From contig JBBSCB010000012.1 in assembly GCA_038250675.1 (NCBI GenBank), positions 8,165-72,164 of the forward strand: a stretch of DNA of 64,000 bases, given 5' to 3'. The translations under genes and the position numbers were made by a program. Each line of letters starts with the position of its first letter. Within the stretch, counting starts at the first letter, position 1. The notes under the pieces are model-generated. The model saw only the letters and a list, made by a program, of their open reading frames with translations, had not been told where the DNA came from and made no database searches. Shown here piece after piece: positions 41,969 to 49,359 of this stretch. Source of the stretch: Gemmatimonadales bacterium. GTDB taxonomy: Bacteria; Gemmatimonadota; Gemmatimonadetes; Gemmatimonadales; GWC2-71-9.

Positions 41969-44697
41969 CGATTCGCGGCGTCCACGGCGGCTTCCATCTG
42001 CCTGACCCAGTTGGGGATGACCCGCAGGAAGGAGGGATGGGCCTGTTCGGGACTCTGAACATAGATGATCCCGCCGTCATATGAGGGGCGATTCGACCAA
42101 CCAGAGGTATCCGAGAAGCGGGGGTCACGGGCCCAGAAGGTCCCCGCACCAAGCGGCTCCCCGGTCTCGGGGTTGACCCGGGCCAGGTACCACGAGACAC
42201 CGAGCCGGTAGAGGATCTCGGAGGAGGAGAGAAAGAGCGGCTCGACGCCCTGGGTGGCGATCTGCCACTGGCGCCCCGCCCGGGGGAACGTGGTCACGAT
42301 GATGCGACCGCCCTCCAGCGACTGGTACACGACCAGCTTCTGGTTGGGAGAGACTGAGGGGAAACGCGCGCCGGTGAGCACGGTATCGAAGGTGGGATGT
42401 GCGACGCTCGGGTTGAACCGCACCACGATCGACCGGCCCCAGTCCTGGGCCACCGCAAGCGTATCGTCAGGGTAGCCCACCGGATCGAACGACTGGGGAA
42501 GGCTCGCCTGGTTGAAGGCGCCGGTGTCCACCGGGAAGCGCGCCAGGGTGTCGACCGATCCGCCCGACCCCGGAGCGCCGCGAAGGACGTACCACCGGAT
42601 CTTGTCGTGCGCCTGGTAGATCACCTGCTGGCCGTCGGGACTCCAGAGCGGGTGGCGCATCACCTCCGCCCGCTGCCAGACGTAGTGCTGGCCGTCCCGG
42701 AGATCATAGACCCGCAGCTCGTTCAGGTCGGGTCCCTGCACCACCGCCACCAGCCAGCGCCCATCGCGAGTGAGGTCGTAGCGCTGGAAGTCTCCCGCCT
42801 CCATCGGCAGCGCCTCGGGCGCGTGGCCGGGGCGCAGCCGGACCACATGGCCGACACTGGCATCGATGCCGGGGGCAAAGAGCAGGGTGCCATCCGCCGA
42901 AAGGTCGAACTGACTGGACCCGAGCGGTTCACGTCGCACCCCGGTCAGGAGGCTCACCGATCGATAGGCCAGATGCTTCACCGGATCGTACCGCGCCCCC
43001 GTGAGCGATCCGTCGGCCGCGATGAACAGGAGGTAGCGCCGCTCGACCACCCGGAAGGCGGAGCCGGCGACGGGGCTCCCCGGCGTGCCATCTGCCTGGA
43101 CCGTGCGGATGGGCCACACCGCCCCCGACTCCGGGTTCATCATCTGGGCGGTTCCGTTGAAGGAACAGATCAACTCACCGAGATCCGGCTCGTAAGTGCC
43201 GATCACACAGCGGCCAACCGACTTGGTGCGGGGCACCCCGCCCCCCGGTTCGATCCAGTTGATGCGATAGCCATCGTCGTCGACGAGAATGAGTTGCCTG
43301 GACGACACCCAGCTCACCAGCGTCGCGTTCACCGCCGTCCCCGCGGGCCGTGACTCGCCGCCCGCAACGGGCGCCAGCATGATCTGCCCATGGGCCACGT
43401 AACTCACCTGGGCGCCATCGGGAGAGATCCGCGGGATCGTGGCGCCGAGGGTCCCGGCCAGCGGGCGTGCCTCAGCAGTCCGGAGACTGCGGTACCAGAG
43501 CGTGGTGGAGTCGCCGATCGCGGCCGCGTAGACGGCGAACTCCCCATTCGCGGCGATCGAGAGATTGCGGATCGCCGTCCCGTACGGCCCGGCGCTCGAG
43601 GAGCCGGGCGCAAAGCTCATCAACGCGCTGTCGGGGAGGCCCACGTCGAACACCGCGGGCCCGGCGTATGGCGCCGGGCGAAGCAAGGCCCATGCGGCAA
43701 TCGCGGCAGTGCTGAGCGTGGCCACCCCGAGCACGATTGCGATGCGCCGCCACGACCGTCCGGACCCACCCACCGCACGAGCCGAGCGGGTCCGCGTGCG
43801 AGGCACGGCATCGTCGCGCAGTGCCGCGGCAAAGTCGGCGGCGGTCGCGAAACGATCGACCGGCAGCTTGGCGAGGGCGGTGAGCACCGCGTCCTCCACG
43901 TTCTCGGGGACGGTATCGCGCGTGGCCGTCGGTGCCGTCGGCTTCTCGGTCATGACCTTGGCGACGATCGCCTGCACTGACGCGCCGTTGAACGGTGGCT
44001 CGCCGGTGAGCATCTCGTAGAGGACGCAGCCGAGCGCATACACATCGCTGCGCGCGTCGAGATCGCGCTGCCCCATCGCCTGCTCGGGGCTCATGTAGTG
44101 CGGGGTGCCGAGCGACATCCCGGTCTCGGTCATCCGGGACCCGCCGTCGGTGCGGCTGGCGGCCAGGGCAATGCCGAAATCGGCCACCAGCGCCTGGCCG
44201 TCGTGCAGCAGGATGTTCTCCGGCTTGATGTCGCGGTGGATCACGCCGTGCCGATGGGCGTAGTCGAGGGCACTCGCCACTTCGGTGGCAATCCGCACCG
44301 CTTCCGGAATGGCGAGCTGCTTTTCGCGGGTGAGCCGGTCACGCAACGACTCGCCGGTGACGTACGGCATCACGTAGTACACGAGGGTGAGAGGTCCTTC
44401 GACTTCGCGACCCTGCGGGTCGCTCCGCTCAGGATGACTCAGGCGCACAGCGCCTGAGTCAAACAGCGGCAGGATGTGGGGGTGCTGCAGGTTGGCCGTC
44501 GTCTTGATCTCGACCAGGAAGCGCTCGGCGCCGATGACGGCGGCGAGTTCCGGGCGCAGCACCTTCAGCGCGACCTGGCGGTCGTGCCTGAGGTCGTGGG
44601 CGAGGTAGACGGTGGCCATGCCGCCGGCGCCAAGCTCGCGCTCAAGGGTGTAGCGGTCGGCGAGGGCGGCCGAGAGTTGGTCAAGCGCTTCGGTCAC
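41965..44697 (-). CDS. Ser/Thr kinase - TM - beta-propeller (K6), with REP-derived insert
   Basis: Kinase motifs; insert AVRLSHPERSDPQGREVEGPLT after DSG. Confidence 0.93.
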   Translation of the reverse strand: MTEALDQLSAALADRYTLERELGAGGMATVYLAHDLRHDRQVALKVLRPELAAVIGAERFLVEIKTTANLQHPHILPLFDSGAVRLSHPERSDPQGREVEGPLTLVYYVMPYVTGESLRDRLTREKQLAIPEAVRIATEVASALDYAHRHGVIHRDIKPENILLHDGQALVADFGIALAASRTDGGSRMTETGMSLGTPHYMSPEQAMGQRDLDARSDVYALGCVLYEMLTGEPPFNGASVQAIVAKVMTEKPTAPTATRDTVPENVEDAVLTALAKLPVDRFATAADFAAALRDDAVPRTRTRSARAVGGSGRSWRRIAIVLGVATLSTAAIAAWALLRPAPYAGPAVFDVGLPDSALMSFAPGSSSAGPYGTAIRNLSIAANGEFAVYAAAIGDSTTLWYRSLRTAEARPLAGTLGATIPRISPDGAQVSYVAHGQIMLAPVAGGESRPAGTAVNATLVSWVSSRQLILVDDDGYRINWIEPGGGVPRTKSVGRCVIGTYEPDLGELICSFNGTAQMMNPESGAVWPIRTVQADGTPGSPVAGSAFRVVERRYLLFIAADGSLTGARYDPVKHLAYRSVSLLTGVRREPLGSSQFDLSADGTLLFAPGIDASVGHVVRLRPGHAPEALPMEAGDFQRYDLTRDGRWLVAVVQGPDLNELRVYDLRDGQHYVWQRAEVMRHPLWSPDGQQVIYQAHDKIRWYVLRGAPGSGGSVDTLARFPVDTGAFNQASLPQSFDPVGYPDDTLAVAQDWGRSIVVRFNPSVAHPTFDTVLTGARFPSVSPNQKLVVYQSLEGGRIIVTTFPRAGRQWQIATQGVEPLFLSSSEILYRLGVSWYLARVNPETGEPLGAGTFWARDPRFSDTSGWSNRPSYDGGIIYVQSPEQAHPSFLRVIPNWVRQMEAAVDAANR
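44392..44460 (-). repeat. Intragenic REP-like copy plus 25-bp hairpin in K6
   Basis: Coding strand GTCATCCTGAGCGGAGCGACCCGCAGGGTCGCGAAGTCGAAGGACCT, preceded by GACTCAGGCGC-TGT-GCGCCTGAGTC. Confidence 0.8.
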
Positions 44698-44814
44698 GTG
44701 CAGCTCCCGTGGGACCGGCGGAGCGACTCCGGCTGGGCGAAAGTCGCGGAAGAGCGACTGGAGGAATCCTTACAAAATAGTGATATCAGGAAGAGGTATG
44801 GCGGATTCGGCGAT

Positions 44815-45243
44815 TCACGCCAACGGGTGGCACCACCGCAATTCGGGGAATCGCGCGAAGTCACGGTCCGTGGTCACGAACTCGCAGCCGGATTCGATCG
44901 CCAGAGCCGCGAGCCAGGCATCGGGAACAAGATTTCCTTTCGCGCCAGCTTCCCGACAGAGCCGCTGGAAGATCTCCCAGTGGCGGAGTCCAGGAGCGAT
45001 CATCACCGCGTTCGGTTGGGTGCGAAATGCATTCGCAAAGCCCAGCGCCGCATCGATGGGTGTCGGCGGATGGAAGATGCGCGGGTGGGTCGCAATGCGG
45101 AGAAAGCTGGCGAGCACCTGATCGGATACGGCGTAGGCTTCATCTGACCGAACCAATGCGTCGAGCCACGCCCGATGCGCCGTATGCTCAGGGGCGCCTT
45201 CCCTGAAGGCGTGGACGAGGATGTTGACGTCAACGAGTCGCAG
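44815..45243 (-). CDS. vapC: VapC-family PIN-domain toxin (probable CTG start, 142 aa)
   Basis: LVDVNILVHAF…FLRIATHPRIF…GNLVPDAWLAALAIE…TTDRDFARF; GAGGA 8 nt upstream of CTG; in-frame stop just further upstream. Confidence 0.88.
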   Translation of the reverse strand: MRLVDVNILVHAFREGAPEHTAHRAWLDALVRSDEAYAVSDQVLASFLRIATHPRIFHPPTPIDAALGFANAFRTQPNAVMIAPGLRHWEIFQRLCREAGAKGNLVPDAWLAALAIESGCEFVTTDRDFARFPELRWCHPLA

Positions 45244-45541
45244 TGGGGCTATCCTCGTCCATCAGGTCGAGAAGTGCCGCGCTGTCGTCGAGATCGACCC
45301 CCGGAGCGAGTACACCACCGGCAAAGGTCGGCAGTGGCGTTCTCCCGCCCTCGGCCGCGCCCGGGCGCGTGGACGTCTGGGCCTCGAGTGCTTCCAAGCC
45401 ACGACGGAGGATGTCTGACTTGGTCGTGCCGAGGCGCGCGGTGAGCCGTTCCAATCGCTCGCGGTCTGGTGGCTGCAGGTAGACCTGCACCGGCTCAGCC
45501 ACGCGGGACGGCCGTTTAGGCGGTTCATGACGATATGTCAT
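45230..45541 (-). CDS. Ribbon-helix-helix (CopG-like) antitoxin, VapB-type
   Basis: VQVYL…RLERLTARLGTTKSDILRRGLEAL; C-terminal PGVDLDDSAALLDLM; overlaps vapC. Confidence 0.8.
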   Translation of the reverse strand: MTYRHEPPKRPSRVAEPVQVYLQPPDRERLERLTARLGTTKSDILRRGLEALEAQTSTRPGAAEGGRTPLPTFAGGVLAPGVDLDDSAALLDLMDEDSPTATR

Positions 45542-45576
45542 GAAATCATGATATGATTGGGAGCGTCCGCTGTCAA
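45524..45576 (-). promoter_or_regulatory. Sigma70 promoter (leaderless) and palindromic operator of vapBC
   Basis: TTGACA (45576-45571) -17nt- TATCAT (45553-45548), 6 nt before ATG; palindrome TTCATGAC-5-GTCATGAA at 45524-45544. Confidence 0.8.
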
Positions 45577-45624
45577 GTCGGCCTGTTACGGGGCGCAACC
45601 ATGATGCTCACCGCTCCAGCCCCG

Positions 45625-46116
45625 TCAGTAGGGACGATCCAGCGTGTGTGCCCCAACTCGAACAAGTGCCGCGACATCTTCGAGTTGTCGCGCCGAGCCA
45701 CCGAGCCGAGCCCACTCGAGTTTCGAGATGATGATGTCCTCGGCTGTAGCGACCCACAGGTGAATACCATCGAAGTCGATAGCTTCGCGACGGGAGAATT
45801 CCAGCTGACTGAAGGGACGTGACTTGCAGAGGATCACGTCCGCTTTCCATCCGGTTTCGGTGTCGACAATGTTGAACATCGATTCGTGGGCCAGGGCCTC
45901 GAGCGCCGCATCGCGCGAGATGTACAGGCCCGGGCCGTCCAGCGCATCGACTGCGGCTCCCAGCTGTGCCGCGCTCGCCTGGATCACCATATCCACGTCC
46001 ATCGTCGCTCGACCGGCACCGTGCACCGCGGCCCCGACTGACCCGGTCAACATGAACGGCACCTCGTGTGCGTTCAGGGCGGACACGATCGATCGCAATA
46101 GTCCGGCAAGACTCAC
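45625..46116 (-). CDS. Pol-beta-superfamily nucleotidyltransferase (DUF6036/AbiEii-like toxin), C-terminus possibly truncated
   Basis: MLTGSVGAAVHGAGRATMDVDMV (GS + DxD), TAEDIIISKLEW, RQLEDV; GTGA coupling to the upstream gene. Confidence 0.75.
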   Translation of the reverse strand: MSLAGLLRSIVSALNAHEVPFMLTGSVGAAVHGAGRATMDVDMVIQASAAQLGAAVDALDGPGLYISRDAALEALAHESMFNIVDTETGWKADVILCKSRPFSQLEFSRREAIDFDGIHLWVATAEDIIISKLEWARLGGSARQLEDVAALVRVGAHTLDRPY

Positions 46117-46616
46117 CGGCGGTGGCTCGCGGGCACCAGCCGGACACCCAGCAACAGCTCGACAAGTTCGAGATCACTCTGGCCCGGTCGACCCTTGCGC
46201 AGTCCGGCAAGCGTCACGACGCGCATCGCATCGCTCAACGCCAGCGCCTGTCGCAATCGGTCGACTCGGGGGCGGCCCCGTACCGCCTTCAGGCGAATGA
46301 TCTCTGCCGCGGATGTCGTGTCCGAGAAAGGCCACCCTCGGCTGGCGCTGCCGGGAGCGAGGAGGCGCGCGCCGGTCTGCCGCGCATTGTCCTGCCCGTA
46401 CCCGATCAAGCGCTCGGCGACCCAGGGGATGTCGTCCTTCGCAAGGATGCGATCAGCGGGGAAGGACGGGAAACACTCATCATGGAAACGACGGAAGGCC
46501 CGGCGTGCCTCGCGGAGCCGGACCATTTGGCGTGCGGTCTCCGGGTCGAGGGTTCGGCGGCTTTTGAGGCCGCCCCGCCGGCCGATGGCGGCGAGATATT
46601 TGCTCACCTTTGACAT
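46113..46616 (-). CDS. Putative antitoxin/partner of the nucleotidyltransferase, apparently two fused modules
   Basis: N-part IGRRGGLKSRR…EARRAFRRFHDECF…WVAERL; C-part SDTTSAAE…RLRQALALSD…AGLR. Confidence 0.65.
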   Translation of the reverse strand: MSKVSKYLAAIGRRGGLKSRRTLDPETARQMVRLREARRAFRRFHDECFPSFPADRILAKDDIPWVAERLIGYGQDNARQTGARLLAPGSASRGWPFSDTTSAAEIIRLKAVRGRPRVDRLRQALALSDAMRVVTLAGLRKGRPGQSDLELVELLLGVRLVPASHRR

Positions 46617-46622
46617 CCAAAT

Positions 46623-46651
46623 ATCATAATCCGCTTATGATGTAAGTTCAA
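46623..46651 (-). promoter_or_regulatory. Sigma70 promoter (leaderless) with palindromic operator
   Basis: TTGAAC (46651-46646) -17nt- TATGAT (46628-46623), 6 nt before ATG 46616; palindrome ATCATAA-5-TTATGAT at 46623-46641. Confidence 0.75.
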
Positions 46652-46695
46652 GTGTTAGAGTGCTGTACGATGATCATCGTGCGCTGACGCCGTGA

Positions 46696-49359
46696 TCACC
46701 GCACCCCATCCACCACGAAGAGCGTCGAGGCATAGCCGAGGGCAATGACTGCGTACGTCCGCCCATCGTCCGCGAGGCGCAGATACTGGTATTGCCGCAC
46801 CCCGGCGCGTCCCGGCGGAGCAATGTCGATGAGTGGCGAGCGTTGGCCAGTGGCGGGATTCACTCGTTCGACCCGCACCGCGAGGTCGCCGGGCCGCCAG
46901 ACCCAGAGCTCGCGTCCATCCGGACTCCAGCGCACCAGGTGGTCGTGAGGACGCAACCCGCGCGCTGGCTGTGACGGGCCTCCGGCAACGGCGATGAGCA
47001 CGAAGCTGTCCCGCACCTGGGCGGCGATGCGCGTGCCATCGGGGGAGAGCGCCGCCTGGAGAGTGCCTTCCGGCGTGACCGGCGTGAACGTGCCGCCGGC
47101 GGTGGTCGCGATGTAGCATCGCACCGAGTGGCCCGCCTGACTGCCGCACATGAAGACGCGCTGGTCATCGACGAACTGCCCGGTGACGTACGATATCGTT
47201 TCGAACTGTCCCTGATCCAGCCGGCGTGGTTCTCCCGGGCCGGTGGGATAGATCATCAGCCGCGGCGGCACCGAGGGGACGATCGCGAGCACCGATTGCC
47301 CGTCGCGCGACAGTGCCATCGGCTCGCCGTCGCCGAGCCGCGCCGCCGGCGAACCGTCGGTCTTGCGCAGCAGGAGACCGTAGTTGAGGCCCCCGGTCAC
47401 ACCCTGGTCGGCGAATGCAACCAGCTTTCCATCGGCGCTGATCACGGGCGTCTCCGAGACATCCAGCCAACTCAGGTCCCGTTCATGATCCGGCTCCGGA
47501 CCTCCAACCAGCAATCGATAGGGCAGGTCATCGTGGGTGACCAGCCATCGGTTACTGGCCGAGATGTCCTGCAGCGTGATGCCGCCGGCGCTGGCGAGTG
47601 CGAGTTGCATGCGGCCATGCAGGTCCATCGAGTACGCGGTCAGCGCGGTGTACGACCCATTCGTCGCCGTCGAACCGGTGTACATCACGCGATCCGGCTC
47701 CCGTGACCATGCCAGCCCTTCCAGCGCCCAATGCACCGGCGACCGGGCGAGCACAGCACCGTTGCGACCCAGGATCACGACGGTGCCTCGATCGTCGTAC
47801 AGCGCCTGGTGATCGAAGAGCGCCACCTGGTCCCCGGTTGGCGACACGCGGATGTCGGAGAAATACCCGGCCGAGCGAGCCAGCACCGTGCCGATGGGAT
47901 ACTCCACCCGGTCCTCATCGTCGACCCGATGGATGATCGCGAGTGTCTTGCCATCGGGCGACCAATCCGCCTCGCGAACGCCGGCGAGCAGCGCGCGCGG
48001 CGCCCCGGGTCCGAGCGGCAGGGAGGCAAGCGTGCCCTCGAACAGGCGGTGGTTCGCGTAGACCGCGCCAGTAAGGACGGCCAGCGTACCGGTCGACGAG
48101 ATCGCCAGCAGGTGGGTGGAGTCCGGTCCCAGCGGCTGTGGCTCTGGGTAGTCGGGGCGGATGACGTACAAATGGGGAACGGTGCCGCTGGCGCCGGTGG
48201 AACTGAAGACGACGGTCTTGCCGTCGGGGGCGAACCGCGCGGTGAAGATCGCCTCCGGGCGGTAGGTCTGCTGCGTGAATCGCACGTCGGTCAGGGTACC
48301 GGCGGCGCGGCGCTGGGTCAGCATCACGAGGAGCAGTGCCGCGACGATCGCGGCCATGCCCCACGACCAGGGATTGGCCAGCCAGGCGGCGAGTCTTCGC
48401 GTTGGCGCAGTGACTGCGCGGCCCGCGGCGGACCGCCGGCCTGCCACTCCCGGGGTACCGAGCGCGTCGGCGAATCCCTTCGCGCTCTCGAACCGATCGG
48501 CCGGCAGCTTCTGCAGTGCGACGTGCACCGCATCGGCGACGTGCGGCGGCACGGTGCGGCGCAGGGTGGTGAGCTCCGGCGCGTCGGCCGTCATGATCTT
48601 CGCGACGATCGCTTGCGCCGTCGGACCCGAGAACGGCGGCTCGCCGGCCAGCATCTCGAACGTCACGCAGCCGAGCGCGTAGATGTCGCTGCGGGCGTCG
48701 AGCTCGCGCTCCCCCATCGCCTGTTCGGGCGACATGTATTGTGGTGTGCCGAGCGACATGCCGGTCTCGGTCATCCGGTTGCCCGCGGTGCTCGCGGCGA
48801 TGGCGATCCCAAAATCGGCCACCAGCGCGCTGCCGTCGTGCAGCATCACATTTTCCGGCTTGATGTCGCGATGGATCACGCCGTGGCGATGGGCGTAATC
48901 GAGCGCGCTGGCCATCTCGGACGCGATGCGGACCGCGTCGCCAATCGGCAGTTGCTTCTCACGCGTGAGACGGTCGCGCAACGATTCGCCCTGCACGAAC
49001 GGCATCACGTAGAACAACACGCTTCGTGGTCCCTCGACTTCGCCGTCGTCCGGATCCCCATGCTCAGGCTGACCCAGGCGAACCGCTCCTGAGTCGAAGA
49101 GCGGCAGGATGTGCGGATGCTGCAGGTTCGCGGTGGTCCTGATCTCCGCCAGGAAGCGCTCGGCGCCGATCACGGCCGCGAGCTCGGGCCGCAGGACTTT
49201 CACCGCCACCTTGCGGCCATGCTTGATGTCGTGTGCGAGGTAGACCGTGGCCATGCCACCGGCGCCCAGCTCGCGCTGGATGGTATAGCGGTCGGCGAGG
49301 GCGCTGGCCAAACGGCCGACTCCGCCCATGGACGGAGACGGCGGCACCGGAGTGGTCAC
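46696..49359 (-). CDS. Ser/Thr kinase - TM - beta-propeller (K7), with decayed REP-derived insert
   Basis: GTG start overlaps the K8 stop (GTGA); insert AVRLGQPEHGDPDDGEVEGPRS; sensor paralogous to K3. Confidence 0.93.
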   Translation of the reverse strand: MTTPVPPSPSMGGVGRLASALADRYTIQRELGAGGMATVYLAHDIKHGRKVAVKVLRPELAAVIGAERFLAEIRTTANLQHPHILPLFDSGAVRLGQPEHGDPDDGEVEGPRSVLFYVMPFVQGESLRDRLTREKQLPIGDAVRIASEMASALDYAHRHGVIHRDIKPENVMLHDGSALVADFGIAIAASTAGNRMTETGMSLGTPQYMSPEQAMGERELDARSDIYALGCVTFEMLAGEPPFSGPTAQAIVAKIMTADAPELTTLRRTVPPHVADAVHVALQKLPADRFESAKGFADALGTPGVAGRRSAAGRAVTAPTRRLAAWLANPWSWGMAAIVAALLLVMLTQRRAAGTLTDVRFTQQTYRPEAIFTARFAPDGKTVVFSSTGASGTVPHLYVIRPDYPEPQPLGPDSTHLLAISSTGTLAVLTGAVYANHRLFEGTLASLPLGPGAPRALLAGVREADWSPDGKTLAIIHRVDDEDRVEYPIGTVLARSAGYFSDIRVSPTGDQVALFDHQALYDDRGTVVILGRNGAVLARSPVHWALEGLAWSREPDRVMYTGSTATNGSYTALTAYSMDLHGRMQLALASAGGITLQDISASNRWLVTHDDLPYRLLVGGPEPDHERDLSWLDVSETPVISADGKLVAFADQGVTGGLNYGLLLRKTDGSPAARLGDGEPMALSRDGQSVLAIVPSVPPRLMIYPTGPGEPRRLDQGQFETISYVTGQFVDDQRVFMCGSQAGHSVRCYIATTAGGTFTPVTPEGTLQAALSPDGTRIAAQVRDSFVLIAVAGGPSQPARGLRPHDHLVRWSPDGRELWVWRPGDLAVRVERVNPATGQRSPLIDIAPPGRAGVRQYQYLRLADDGRTYAVIALGYASTLFVVDGVR
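49028..49095 (-). repeat. Decayed intragenic REP-like copy in K7
   Basis: Coding strand GACTCAGGAGCGGTTCGCCTGGGTCAGCCTGAGCATGGGGATCCGGACGACGGCGAAGTCGAGGGACC, collinear with the K6 insert. Confidence 0.65.
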
